Notes: generated by a model from the letters alone, not told the origin. Positions 1 to 10,205 are shown, counted from the stretch's first letter. The stretch: DNA of 64,000 nucleotides from Chitinophaga pinensis (GCA_945879015.1 CAMCUO010000005.1:1306-65305); one strand, 5' to 3'. A program made the numbers and translations.

Positions 1-1
1 A

Positions 2-925
2 ACTGGTATATAAAATACGTTAACCTTCCTTTTTCTCTCTTGCTTAAATTAATGGGAAAATATTTGGTAGATGAAGTAGAATTAAAAACGGCAAAATTCT
101 TTTTTATAAAATCAACTATATCTTTTGCTTCCATGTAAAATTTATCGGACAATCGATTTTTCTCCTTTGATAGAATCATGAAATAGTTTAATATTTCCTC
201 CTTACTTGCTTCACATTCTATTTGTTCAAATCCGGGTGGCAATTCTGGAGTAACTTCTGTAATTTCGGGAATCACTTTTTCGACAATTGAAATTTGGTTA
301 GATTCAACATCACTGCCCGAACTTTTTTTTTCTGATATTTCGTTTTCAATAAATCGTTTTACAAGCGGTTCATATTTATTTGTTAGGAATTCGCTGTATT
401 TTAAACATAAATTTTCTAAAAAATTTTTAAATTTCAGAAAATCATTATCAAATGTATATTGGAGGTGGTATTTTAAAAAATATTCGGCTGGCGTTTCATC
501 ACCTTTCACTATTTCCGTTAAAGAAAATTGCAAAGAAAAAAACAAGTCAAAATTATAGTCCCATTTATCTATAAAGCAATTCGTTTCAAAATTAACTATA
601 TTCAAATACTCGGATTCATTATCATTCCTTAAAAAATAGTCGGGGAATGGAAAGACTCTACTGTCTTCTGAATTTTTAAGGGCGCCAGGATACCTTATCT
701 TCTCATAATTTTCCAAATAGCTTCCATTTTCCCCATTATATTGAACTGATATAATGTTTTTTTGCCAAAGAGCGGATTGTATTGCATCCTGAAAGGTTTT
801 TATTAAAAACTGTCGGTCGTATATTTTCCATTTTTCATCACAACCTGTTAACTGAATGAAGATTGAGCCTGTATTTATTTCGTATTTATTTGCCACTTCT
901 GAAATTGTTTTTTTGTTTTTTTCAT
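2..925 (-). pseudogene. Frameshifted hypothetical ORF. It is open for about 308 codons from 929 down past the window start. The only ATG, at 923-925, is out of frame by +1 across two A7 homopolymers.
   Basis: Manual reverse-strand translation gives a continuous reading frame from 929 to 2: ...NTGSIFIQLTGCDEKWKIYDRQF...KYFPINLSKREKGRLTYFIYQ. The frame-0 ATG gives MKKTKKQFQKWQINTK then stop. A single extra A in the A7-C-A7 tract (908-922) would fuse the two. No domain is recognisable. Confidence 0.4.
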
Positions 926-1190
926 TTACTTACGAATGTTGCCTGATAATAGCGGGTGTTTTTTGTACTGGCGCAATCGCTCTGGTCGCTATTATAAAAT
1001 CTGTTGCGCTCATATGACCAAATGTCGGACGCATCAATTTCAAATAAATCATAAAAAGTGTCGCTTCCGAACATAACAAACTTAATATTATATAATTGTT
1101 TTAGAATATTATAAAATTACATGATTCCCAATAAATTCCATTCATAAAATGGAAGTTCTTAATGTTTCTCTATTAAAATTTCTGCTTGAT

Positions 1191-2456
1191 TCATTTTCCC
1201 AATACCATTTCCATTGTTTCATCCAATGATTGTTCATCAAATGAAGCCAAATAAATTTCAGTTACTTTTAGGCTTTTATGACCTAATGCTTTTGAGATGG
1301 AGTACAAATCCGCTTTTTTCTTTCTTGCTATATTAGCAAAGCTATTGCGACTTGAGTGAAAATGCAAACGTTTGTTTAGTTTACATGATGCTGCAAGCTT
1401 CTTTAAATTGTAATTTATTTCCGAAGCTTTTGCATCCAATTGCTTTCTTAAAAATTGCTGATCGGAATAGTCAATATCATTATCCAAAATGGGAAACAAA
1501 AAATTTTCCGGCTTAGCGCTTCTCTTTTTGTAATATTTGATTATTTCTTTTGATTCAGAATTTACCTTGATCGACTTAAAGTGTCCCGTTTTACCCATCT
1601 CATAATGCAAACGTCCATTAATGATGTTTATGTTCTTTAGCTGGATTAGGTCGCTAATCCGAATTCCTGCATTATTAAAAGAAAAAAGATAGTAATTACG
1701 AACATCAATCAACTTTTGCTGCTCTGGTGCTTTCAACTTGGTTCGTTTTATTTTTGCCACTTCTTCAGAGGAAAGCGTTTCTTTCTCAGTAGCAACGTTT
1801 TTCATCTTAATGTGTAAAAAAGGATTTTTGTCTCGGTCAATTAATGGTTGTGATTCATTCATTGCTTTATACAAAATTGCTCTTACAGTTTTTAAATGAA
1901 AATTTATAGTGTTTGATTTTTTACCTTCTTTAATAAGAGCAGATTCATATTGTCTCAAAAATTCAACATTTAATTCATCGAAAAGAAGCGATTGCTTCTT
2001 AATATGTTTTTCAATGCTTCTGAGAACAGAGAGATGGTTCTTTGCTGTGGAAAGTTTATTGCGTTCCACTAAATGATCCACTGATTTTTTTGCATATACT
2101 AGAAAATCAGAAGAAGCATTGTATTTGTTGGTTGCTTTGTCTTTAATGTGTTGAGATGTCTGTGAGCCATCAGTTAAAGAAACCTGCTGCTTTACCCGGA
2201 TAACATCATTTAACTTTTGCTCGATGTCTGAATTGATTGCTTTGGCATTGGATAAAGCTTTCTTTTCCGGATTTTTTTTGGTGCGAGTGATATAAAGGCA
2301 ATTGTTTTCATCATCCCAATTTTCAGGTTTTACAGAATAACCAGTGGAGATATACCTTGATTTACGATTAGCTGTTATTCGGAGCATGATAGGGTGAGTA
2401 CCATTTGAATAAGTTTTGTAGGTATAATAAACAATGGCTATCTTTGGTGCTGACAT
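1191..2456 (-). CDS. Tyrosine-type site-specific recombinase/integrase, Bacteroides phage-integrase family with an N-terminal arm-binding domain.
   Basis: The N-terminus from the M at 2456 reads MSAPKIAIVYYTYKTYSNGTHPIMLRITANRKSRYISTGYSV, a typical arm-type DNA-binding domain. The catalytic core has RISDLIQL, HFHSSRNSFA (HxxR) and LGHKSLKVTEIY (Tyr nucleophile). The ORF-track start at 2549 adds 31 unlikely residues. Confidence 0.85.
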   Translation of the reverse strand: MSAPKIAIVYYTYKTYSNGTHPIMLRITANRKSRYISTGYSVKPENWDDENNCLYITRTKKNPEKKALSNAKAINSDIEQKLNDVIRVKQQVSLTDGSQTSQHIKDKATNKYNASSDFLVYAKKSVDHLVERNKLSTAKNHLSVLRSIEKHIKKQSLLFDELNVEFLRQYESALIKEGKKSNTINFHLKTVRAILYKAMNESQPLIDRDKNPFLHIKMKNVATEKETLSSEEVAKIKRTKLKAPEQQKLIDVRNYYLFSFNNAGIRISDLIQLKNINIINGRLHYEMGKTGHFKSIKVNSESKEIIKYYKKRSAKPENFLFPILDNDIDYSDQQFLRKQLDAKASEINYNLKKLAASCKLNKRLHFHSSRNSFANIARKKKADLYSISKALGHKSLKVTEIYLASFDEQSLDETMEMVLGK

Positions 2457-2784
2457 GATTGAATTTAATTTTTTTGCAAAACAAATATAATCATTTTGGT
2501 TGAAACATGGTTGAATCGAAATGCTCTTTTTAATACTTTTTATGAACATTCAATGCCTATTTAGTATTTTACAAGTTATTGATATTCAGTAATTAAATAG
2601 AATTTAGTGGAATTAAGTAGAGTTCTCTCGACTCTCGAGCGGAGTCGAGAAACTGCTATTCTCTGCAAAACAATGTCATTAGCAAATTTTAACTTTACTA
2701 AGAATCGATTGTTAATTATTTCGTACTTTAGCATTCATAATTCATCCCCGCCATACTATTTAAATAGTATTTTTGCAATCATAT

Positions 2785-3534
2785 ATGTTTACGTTACTAA
2801 AAAAGGAAATTCGCAGTTTTTTAAGTTCACTCATTGGTTATATAGCCATTGGAGTGTTTTTACTGCTTATTAGTTTGTTCATGTGGTGGATTAAATCCGA
2901 TTCGGGTTCAAGTGCTAATTTGAACGTATTAGATAGCGGTTATGCAAACATTGATTCTTTATTTATCATAGCGCCTTGGGTGTTTCTCTTTTTAATTCCA
3001 GCCATTACCATGCGCTCTTTTGCAGATGAAAAAAAATCTGGAACAATTGAACTTTTACTTACTCGCCCACTTACAGATTTACAAATCATTTTAGCAAAAT
3101 ATTTTGCCGGACTAGTATTGGTTTTGTTTTCTCTATTGCCAACGTTAATTTATTATTATTCAGTGCATAAATTGGGTAGTCCTGTCGGAAACATAGATAC
3201 TGGAGGAATGTGGGGTTCTTATATTGGATTGTTATTCCTAGGTGCTGCTTTTGTTTCTATCGGAATATTTGCTTCTGCTATCACCGACAACCAAGTTGTT
3301 TCTTTTATACTCGCATTATTCCTTTGTTTCTTCATTTATATTGGGTTTGATTTTATTAGCTCTTTTTCTCTTTTCGGAAAAATTGATAATATCATTTTGG
3401 CATTGGGAATAAACAATCATTATGTATCAATGAGTCGCGGAGTAGTGGACACAAGAGATGTATTGTATTTTGTTAGTTTGATTGCTGTATTTATTTTGGG
3501 AACAAGAACGGTTTTGGAAAGTCGTAAATGGTAG
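2785..3534 (+). CDS. gldF: ABC-2 type transporter permease, GldF-like (gliding-motility associated).
   Basis: About 250 aa six-TM ABC-2 permease; start MFTLLKKEIRSFLSSLIGYIAIGVFLLL. It is followed directly by a GldG-like gene. gldA is not adjacent. Confidence 0.6.
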   Translation: MFTLLKKEIRSFLSSLIGYIAIGVFLLLISLFMWWIKSDSGSSANLNVLDSGYANIDSLFIIAPWVFLFLIPAITMRSFADEKKSGTIELLLTRPLTDLQIILAKYFAGLVLVLFSLLPTLIYYYSVHKLGSPVGNIDTGGMWGSYIGLLFLGAAFVSIGIFASAITDNQVVSFILALFLCFFIYIGFDFISSFSLFGKIDNIILALGINNHYVSMSRGVVDTRDVLYFVSLIAVFILGTRTVLESRKW

Positions 3535-3662
3535 GTTGATGTGCAGATTTGCAGATTTTTGATGTGCAGATTATTTGGTTTTAAGTAAATAATTTAATAG
3601 GTAGCAACAAATAATAATTTTAATGTCACACTGAGCGGAGTCGAAGTGCGTAATTCATAGAG

Positions 3663-5351
3663 ATGAAAAGTAGAAATAAAAAACGGGATTTAGTAGCACT
3701 TGGTTTGGCGATTGCCTTACTGATAATGCTGAACTATATCGGCTCGTTTATGTTTCATCGTTTCGATTTAACTACTGAAAAACGTTATACTTTATCAGAC
3801 GCTACTAAAAAATTATTGGGGGATTTAGACGATGTTGTTTTTGTAAAAGTGTATTTGGAAGGCGAATTCCCTGCTGGTTTCAAGCGTTTGAGAAATGAAA
3901 CTAAAGAAATGTTGGATGAATTCAGAGCTTATTCTGATAATAATATCGAATACGAATTTATTAATCCTTCTGCAAATCCTGATAAAAAAGAACAGAATGA
4001 AGTTCATAAACAACTTTATGAGAAAGGTTTAGACCCTACTAATTTAGAAGTGAAGGATGATAATGGAACTTCGCAACAAATTATTTTCCCTGGAGCAATT
4101 GTAACTTATAAAGGTCATGATTTACCATGGCAACTTCTAAAAACACAAATGGGTCGTTCGCCCGAAGCACAAATAAATAATTCTATTCAATCATTAGAAT
4201 ATGAATTTGCAAGTTGTATAAGAAATTTGAGTGTTCATATTCGTCCAAAAGTTGCATTCATTGCAGGTCACGATGAGTTGGATACACTAGCTGTTCAGGA
4301 TATTGCAGATGCATTGAACGAGTTTTATGCTGTTAAACGTGTTACAATTGATGCACAATTAAAAGCCTTGAGTGGTTTTAAAGCGATTATTATTGCTAAG
4401 CCAGATTCTTCGTTTACTGATAAAGATAAATTCATCATTGATCAATTTATTATGAAAGGCGGGAAAGTACTTTGGTTAATCGATCCATTGTATACTAGTC
4501 CCGACAGTCTTCGCAGAAATGGTGGGACACTTTCTGTACCGTATAATTTGCGATTGGATGATATGTTATTTAAATATGGAGCAAGAATAAACCCTGATTT
4601 GATTGTAGATATGCAATCTTCCATGATTCCTGTGAATGTTTCAATGAAAGGACAACCAGCCAATATTCAAATGAAGCCTTGGATTTTTTCTCCATTGATT
4701 TTGCCTACCGGTAATCATCCAATTGTAAAAAATTTAGATGTAATTAAAATGGATTTCGTTTCAAGCATTGATACAGTTGCATCGATTGGAATTAAAAAAA
4801 CAATTTTATTGCAATCATCAAAATATTCGAAAACGATGCTTTCTCCTGTTAGAGTCGATTTGCGAATGGTGAATATGCCACAAGATGAAAAACGTTTTAA
4901 TAATCCTTATAGAAATGTGGCTGTTTTATTAGAAGGAAAATTCGAATCTGTATTTAAAAATCACCTAGATCCTAAAATTGCAAAGGACAGCGCCATTGGA
5001 TATAAGGCGGATGGAGTAATATCAAAAATGATTGTGATAGCAGATGGAGATGCAATTCGTAACGATATTGATTATCGTTCACAAAAAAAATTGCCTTTGG
5101 GTTACGATAAATATACTAATCAAACGTATGGGAATAAAAATTTCCTACTGAACTGTATGAACTATTTATGCGATGATTCAGGCTTGATTGGTGTTAGAGC
5201 GCGTGAATTAACTTTGAGATTGTTAGATAAGAAGAAATTAAAAAATGAACGATTGAAATGGCAAGTTATGAATAGTGGTTTGCCTTTATTAGGATTAGTT
5301 CTTTTTGGAATCATTTATAATATTAGACGTAAACGTAAATATTCATCCTAA
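3663..5351 (+). CDS. gldG: GldG-like ABC-transporter auxiliary protein (N- and C-terminal TM anchors, large periplasmic domain).
   Basis: 562 aa. N-terminal TM (LVALGLAIALLIMLNYIG) and C-terminal TM (LPLLGLVLFGIIYNI). This is the canonical partner of gldF in Bacteroidota. Confidence 0.65.
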   Translation: MKSRNKKRDLVALGLAIALLIMLNYIGSFMFHRFDLTTEKRYTLSDATKKLLGDLDDVVFVKVYLEGEFPAGFKRLRNETKEMLDEFRAYSDNNIEYEFINPSANPDKKEQNEVHKQLYEKGLDPTNLEVKDDNGTSQQIIFPGAIVTYKGHDLPWQLLKTQMGRSPEAQINNSIQSLEYEFASCIRNLSVHIRPKVAFIAGHDELDTLAVQDIADALNEFYAVKRVTIDAQLKALSGFKAIIIAKPDSSFTDKDKFIIDQFIMKGGKVLWLIDPLYTSPDSLRRNGGTLSVPYNLRLDDMLFKYGARINPDLIVDMQSSMIPVNVSMKGQPANIQMKPWIFSPLILPTGNHPIVKNLDVIKMDFVSSIDTVASIGIKKTILLQSSKYSKTMLSPVRVDLRMVNMPQDEKRFNNPYRNVAVLLEGKFESVFKNHLDPKIAKDSAIGYKADGVISKMIVIADGDAIRNDIDYRSQKKLPLGYDKYTNQTYGNKNFLLNCMNYLCDDSGLIGVRARELTLRLLDKKKLKNERLKWQVMNSGLPLLGLVLFGIIYNIRRKRKYSS

Positions 5352-6427
5352 TGCGTAAAAACAGAATTGCTATTATTTTAGTAATATTAATGGGTTCACT
5401 TACCTTTTGGTTTATTAATAAAAACCGAAAGAGTACATTAAGTGCAGAAATGAAAAGTTTTGCAGTAAAAGATACAGCATCTATCAGTAAAATATTTTTA
5501 GCAGATAAAAATGGTCGTAATCTTACGTTAGAACGTACAGAAAGTGGTAAATGGACTGTGAATGGAAAATATGGAGTTCGTATGGATGCCTTGGAAACCT
5601 TGCTGAAAACAATTATGCGAGTGGATGTGAAAGAGCCTGTGGGAAAAAAAGCACAAGATAATGTTATCAAGAGATTGGCTACAAGGGCTGTGAAATGTGA
5701 AATTTATCAAAAAGGCGAACTTACTAAAGCCTATTATGTTGGTTCCGAAACACAAGATTTAACGGGTACATACATGATTATGATTGATATTGAAACGATG
5801 CAAGCTATGGAGCGACCTTTTGTAACTTATATTCCAGGCTTTGAAGGATATTTGACAACACGTTATTTTACTGAAGAAAAAGGTTGGAGAGATCGCACTA
5901 TGTTTCAATATAATCCAAATGATATTAAATCAGTAAGAATGGAAATTCCTTACAACCCTTCTTTTGGATATGAATTAACAGTGAAAGGAAATAACGATTA
6001 TGAAATTAAAATGCTTTCGGATAATAAAGTAGTTGCGAATATTGACCCACTAGCAGTAAAACAATACCTTTCATATTTTCAGATTTTAAGTTTCGAAAGT
6101 TTTGAAGTGGATTTAAAACAAAATCAAATTGATTCTGTTTTGAAATCTCAACCAATTAATATTTTAACGGTTACCGATAAAGATGGAAAAGTAAATAAAG
6201 TGAAATTTTTTGCCAGAAAACCTAAAAAGGAGTCTTATGGTAAAGATGGACTTTTGTTAAAATTTGATGAAGAACGAATGGATGCACTAATGAACAACGG
6301 AGTTGATTTTGTTATGGTGCAATTTTACATGTTCGGTAAAGTAATGCCTACAGTCGATTATTTCCAAAAAGGTACAAATCAAAGCCCTCAGCCTGTTAAT
6401 CTTCCGGTAAATAAGCCAAAAGCCTAA
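5351..6427 (+). CDS. DUF4340-like periplasmic protein that is usually encoded after gldG.
   Basis: 358 aa with an N-terminal TM anchor. Its start overlaps the gldG stop (ATGCGTAAA/TAATG). It conserves the gldF-gldG-DUF4340 trio. Confidence 0.55.
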   Translation: MRKNRIAIILVILMGSLTFWFINKNRKSTLSAEMKSFAVKDTASISKIFLADKNGRNLTLERTESGKWTVNGKYGVRMDALETLLKTIMRVDVKEPVGKKAQDNVIKRLATRAVKCEIYQKGELTKAYYVGSETQDLTGTYMIMIDIETMQAMERPFVTYIPGFEGYLTTRYFTEEKGWRDRTMFQYNPNDIKSVRMEIPYNPSFGYELTVKGNNDYEIKMLSDNKVVANIDPLAVKQYLSYFQILSFESFEVDLKQNQIDSVLKSQPINILTVTDKDGKVNKVKFFARKPKKESYGKDGLLLKFDEERMDALMNNGVDFVMVQFYMFGKVMPTVDYFQKGTNQSPQPVNLPVNKPKA

Positions 6428-6452
6428 ATATTTTTATTAACCAAAATTGCAT

Positions 6453-6484
6453 AAAGTCCCTGTTTTTAGGGACTTTATTTGTTA
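6453..6484 (+). terminator. Rho-independent terminator after the gldFG operon.
   Basis: Hairpin aaagtccc-tgttttta-gggacttt followed by a T-rich tail. Confidence 0.5.
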
Positions 6485-6580
6485 AAAAGTTGGTTGAAAC
6501 TAAAGTTTGAAAGGCCCCTTTTTTTTGTTTAAATATTTATATTTGTTCTATTAAATAAAAAAACTTAATTCGACCTAAAT

Positions 6581-7702
6581 ATGAAATTTATTGTTTCCAG
6601 TACTTCATTATTAAAACAATTACAAGCCATCAGTGGTGTGCTTAACTCAAATAATGCTCTTCCGATTTTAGATAATTTTCTTTTCGAAATTGAAAAGGGA
6701 ACTTTGAAGATTTCTGCATCAGATTTGGAAACTACAATGACAACGTCAATTAGTATCGAATCAAAAGATTCAGGTAGCATTGCAGTTCCTGCAAAATTAT
6801 TATTGGATACTTTAAAAACATTTGCAGATCAGCCTTTGACTTTTTCTGTTGATGATAAAAAATACGGAATAGAAATTATTTCTGATTATGGAAAATACAA
6901 ATTAACAGGCCATAACGGAGAAGAGTTTCCAAAATTACCAGCATTGGAATCAGGTTCATCGCTTGATATTGATGCAAGTGTATTAGCATCAGCAATCAAC
7001 AAAACAATTTTTGCAACAGGTAACGATGAACTTCGTCCAGTAATGTCAGGTGTGTTTTGTCAATTAGCTACTGATAGCATTACGTTTGTTGCTACAGATG
7101 CTCATAAATTGGTGCGTTACCGTAGAACAGATGCTAAAGCAAAAGCTGCTTCATCATTCATTATTCCTAAAAAACCATTGAACCTTTTAAAGAATACTTT
7201 AGCTAGTGTTAGTGGAAATGTGAAAATCGAATACAACAATACCAATGCATTTTTCTCATTTGAAAACACAAATTTAATTTGTCGTTTAATTGATGGAAAA
7301 TATCCAAACTACGAAGCAGTTATTCCAAAAGAAAATCCAAATAAATTAACGGTTGATCGTGTTTCATTCTTAAGTTCAATCAAACGTGTCTCTATTTTCT
7401 CAAATAAAACAACTCACCAAGTGCGTTTGAAAATTGCAGGAAGTGAATTGAGTGTTTCTGCGGAAGATCTTGATTTTGCTAACGAAGCAAGCGAAAGATT
7501 AACTTGTCAGTATGGTGGAGAAGACATGGAGATTGGTTTTAACTCTAAATTTTTAGCGGAGATGTTAAGCAACATGTCATGCGAAAATGTAAATTTAGAA
7601 ATGAGCGCACCAAACCGTGCTGGAATTTTATTGCCAACAGAAAAAGATACTGCTGGTGAAGATGTGTTGATGTTGGTGATGCCAGTTATGTTGAATAGCT
7701 AA
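6581..7702 (+). CDS. dnaN: DNA polymerase III beta sliding clamp.
   Basis: 373 aa. MKFIVSSTSLLKQLQAISGVLNSNNALPILDNFLFEI is a canonical DnaN N-terminus. Confidence 0.9.
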   Translation: MKFIVSSTSLLKQLQAISGVLNSNNALPILDNFLFEIEKGTLKISASDLETTMTTSISIESKDSGSIAVPAKLLLDTLKTFADQPLTFSVDDKKYGIEIISDYGKYKLTGHNGEEFPKLPALESGSSLDIDASVLASAINKTIFATGNDELRPVMSGVFCQLATDSITFVATDAHKLVRYRRTDAKAKAASSFIIPKKPLNLLKNTLASVSGNVKIEYNNTNAFFSFENTNLICRLIDGKYPNYEAVIPKENPNKLTVDRVSFLSSIKRVSIFSNKTTHQVRLKIAGSELSVSAEDLDFANEASERLTCQYGGEDMEIGFNSKFLAEMLSNMSCENVNLEMSAPNRAGILLPTEKDTAGEDVLMLVMPVMLNS

Positions 7703-7763
7703 ATTCTTGCAAAATATAATTACGAATAAATGTCATCTCGAATTGAGGTGACATTTTTGTTAT

Positions 7764-7893
7764 AGAGCGTCATTGCGAGTCACGCCCAGAGCATCGGGGC
7801 GGGATGTGGCAATCTCTCATGATGAGGAGATTCGCTACCATTGAGGAGAGATTGCCACATCTCGCGAAAATGCGGGACTCGCAATGACGCTCT
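7764..7893. repeat. About 130 bp composite palindromic element (MITE/REP-like), in L-spacer-R arrangement.
   Basis: agagcgtcattgcgagtc...gggatgtggcaatctctc, then a 27 bp spacer, then gagagattgccacatctcgcg...gactcgcaatgacgctct. The same half-units recur at 23202-23325 in inverted (R-L) order. Confidence 0.7.
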
Positions 7894-7977
7894 AATAATA
7901 ATTCAATTTATTTTACTAAATTCGTAATATGAAATGCAAAGCATTCATGATTATCGTATAAACTAATAACCCAATAA

Positions 7978-9090
7978 ATGAAAAAAGTACTACTTTCCAT
8001 CTTCGTTCTATTTGCTACAATTGCAAGTGCGCAAACAACAGTAATTGACAGCATTTTGTCTGGCGGCATCTATCGTAATTACAGAGTATATATTCCTGCT
8101 TCATACACAGGAACAACTGCACGACCACTGGTTTTTGATTTGCATGGTTATACTTCAAGCGCAATTGCTGAACAAGGCTATTCTAATTTTATGCCCATTG
8201 CGGATACTGCCAATGTGATTTTCGTTTATCCGAACGGAACATTAGATGTTAGCAGTCAGCCATATTGGAATGCGGGATTTGGTGCAGCAATGGATGATAT
8301 TGGATTTATTTCCAATTTAATTGATACGCTTTTAACTCAATACAACATTGATGCTAACATGGTTTATTCCTGTGGAATGAGCAATGGCGGATACATGAGT
8401 CATACTTTAGCATGTGAATTAAGTAATAAGATTGCAGCTATTGCTTCAGTAACTGGCAGTATGACTACGTATCAACAATCTATTTGTGTGCCTAATCGTC
8501 CTGTTCCAATTATGCAAATAAGCGGAAATGCAGATGGAACAGTTTCTTACGGAGGAGGAGGAGGCTCAATGGGAATTGATGCTTTGGTAAATTACTGGGT
8601 GACAAATAATAATTGTAATCCTACACCAATTTTTACAAACGTTCCGAATACAAGCACTACAGATGGCTGTACAGCGGAGCATTATTTATACAATGGGGGA
8701 ACAAATGGTTCAACTTGCGAGAAATATAAAATTATTGGTGGGGGACATACTTGGCCTGGTTCTCCATTTATTATTGGTGTTACCAATCAAGATTTTAAAG
8801 CATCCGAAAAAATTTGGTTGTTCTTTAGAAAATATAAATTAAATCAATTAACGGGAATAAGTGATTTGCAAAATGCTGATAAGATTACTCTTTTTCCAAA
8901 CCCAGCTACAAATATTGTAAACATTGAAGGAGAAAATGTTTCTTCAGTAATTATATATGATCTTGATGGAAGAGTGCTTATTCAAACTCAGCAAAAGCAA
9001 ATAGATATTTCTGCTTTAGCAAAGGGAGTTTATTCTGTTGTTGTTATTTCTGAGAAGAATAGAAGTGTGAAAAAATTGGTGAAGATGTAA
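7978..9090 (+). CDS. Secreted alpha/beta-hydrolase (PHB-depolymerase/esterase family) with a T9SS C-terminal sorting domain.
   Basis: Signal peptide. GMSNGG (GxSxG nucleophile elbow). C-terminal about 80 aa (TLFPNPATNIVNIEGENVSSVIIYDLDGRVL...) is a Por-secretion CTD. Confidence 0.7.
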   Translation: MKKVLLSIFVLFATIASAQTTVIDSILSGGIYRNYRVYIPASYTGTTARPLVFDLHGYTSSAIAEQGYSNFMPIADTANVIFVYPNGTLDVSSQPYWNAGFGAAMDDIGFISNLIDTLLTQYNIDANMVYSCGMSNGGYMSHTLACELSNKIAAIASVTGSMTTYQQSICVPNRPVPIMQISGNADGTVSYGGGGGSMGIDALVNYWVTNNNCNPTPIFTNVPNTSTTDGCTAEHYLYNGGTNGSTCEKYKIIGGGHTWPGSPFIIGVTNQDFKASEKIWLFFRKYKLNQLTGISDLQNADKITLFPNPATNIVNIEGENVSSVIIYDLDGRVLIQTQQKQIDISALAKGVYSVVVISEKNRSVKKLVKM

Positions 9091-10134
9091 TTACTTATAA
9101 ATAAGTAGTTCTTTCGAGCCATCACTTTTCATATAACCTCTATACATTCCTGCCGAATTAAAAGGCATGGTAATATTTCCTTTTGCATCAATGGCAATAA
9201 GTCCGCCTTCACCTCCAAGAGTTACTAATTTTTTCATCACTACTTCGTTCGCAGCATCTGCAAGAGATAAACCTTTGTATTCCATAAGCGCTGAAACATC
9301 ATAAGCAACTACCGAACGAATAAAAAATTCACCATGACCGGTACAGGAAACTGCACAGGTTTTATTGTTAGCATAAGTTCCAGCACCAATAATAGGTGCA
9401 TCACCAACGCGACCAAATTTCTTATTGGTCATTCCTCCAGTAGAAGTTCCTGCTGCAAGGTTTCCATATTGGTCAAGTGCAACTAAGCCAACCGTTCCAA
9501 ATTTTTTGTCTTTTAAGTCTATATCTGTAGGTTCAACAAAGCTTGTAGTATCAGAATGATCCAGTTGTAGTTGCTCAGCTTTTTTTATTTTCTGTAATTG
9601 ATCCCAACGTTTCTGTTCAAAGAAATAACTGGTGTCAGCAAATTCACATTTACATTGTTTTGCAAATTTTTCTGCTCCGACACCAACCATCATTACATGC
9701 GGTGATTTTTCCATCACGCATCTTGCCGCTGTGATAGGATTTTTTATGGTACGGACTCCGGCTACAGAACCAGCCATCAATGTTTTTCCATTCATGATAG
9801 AAGCATCCATTTCGTTTTTGCCATCAGCAGTAAAAACAGAACCTTTCCCGGCATTGAATAAAGGAGAATCTTCTAGAATTTTTATTGAGACAATAACTGC
9901 ATCAATGCTTGTTCCGCCTTTGCTTAATGTATCGTAACCTTTTTTTAGTGCTTCATTGAGTTTGTCGGTATATTCTTTTTCAAGCTCAGTGCTCATGTTC
10001 TTTTTTAATATCGTTCCAGCACCACCATGTATAGCAAGGGCGAAATTTTTATTAGGTGTTTGCTTTTTCTCTTGCGATAGAACTAGTATCGGTAAAAACA
10101 GAATCAAGTATATAAATAGAGTTGTTTTTTTCAT
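9091..10134 (-). CDS. Isoaspartyl peptidase / L-asparaginase (Ntn hydrolase), secreted.
   Basis: GTVGLVALDQYGNLAAGTSTGGMTNKKFGRVGDAPIIGAGTYAN carries the autoproteolytic Thr motif. Likely start MKKTTLFIYLILFLPILVLSQ at 10134. Confidence 0.8.
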   Translation of the reverse strand: MKKTTLFIYLILFLPILVLSQEKKQTPNKNFALAIHGGAGTILKKNMSTELEKEYTDKLNEALKKGYDTLSKGGTSIDAVIVSIKILEDSPLFNAGKGSVFTADGKNEMDASIMNGKTLMAGSVAGVRTIKNPITAARCVMEKSPHVMMVGVGAEKFAKQCKCEFADTSYFFEQKRWDQLQKIKKAEQLQLDHSDTTSFVEPTDIDLKDKKFGTVGLVALDQYGNLAAGTSTGGMTNKKFGRVGDAPIIGAGTYANNKTCAVSCTGHGEFFIRSVVAYDVSALMEYKGLSLADAANEVVMKKLVTLGGEGGLIAIDAKGNITMPFNSAGMYRGYMKSDGSKELLIYK

Positions 10135-10189
10135 TTTATGAACCTTAAAATTAATCAACATTATCTTTCCAAATAAAATACACCCCTAA

Positions 10190-10205
10190 CCCCTCTCAAG
10201 AGGGG
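10190..10205 (-). terminator. GC-rich hairpin (cccctc-tcaa-gagggg) downstream of gpx, a likely terminator.
   Basis: Perfect 6 bp GC stem with a 4 nt loop in an AT-rich context; lies in the intergenic region 3' of the minus-strand gpx. Confidence 0.35.

Noticed and set aside
2607-2873. 88-aa ORF upstream of and overlapping gldF
   Set aside because: It overlaps the gldF start, contains the dispersed GAGTCGAG repeat motif and has no coding signature. It is likely an intergenic promoter/repeat region.
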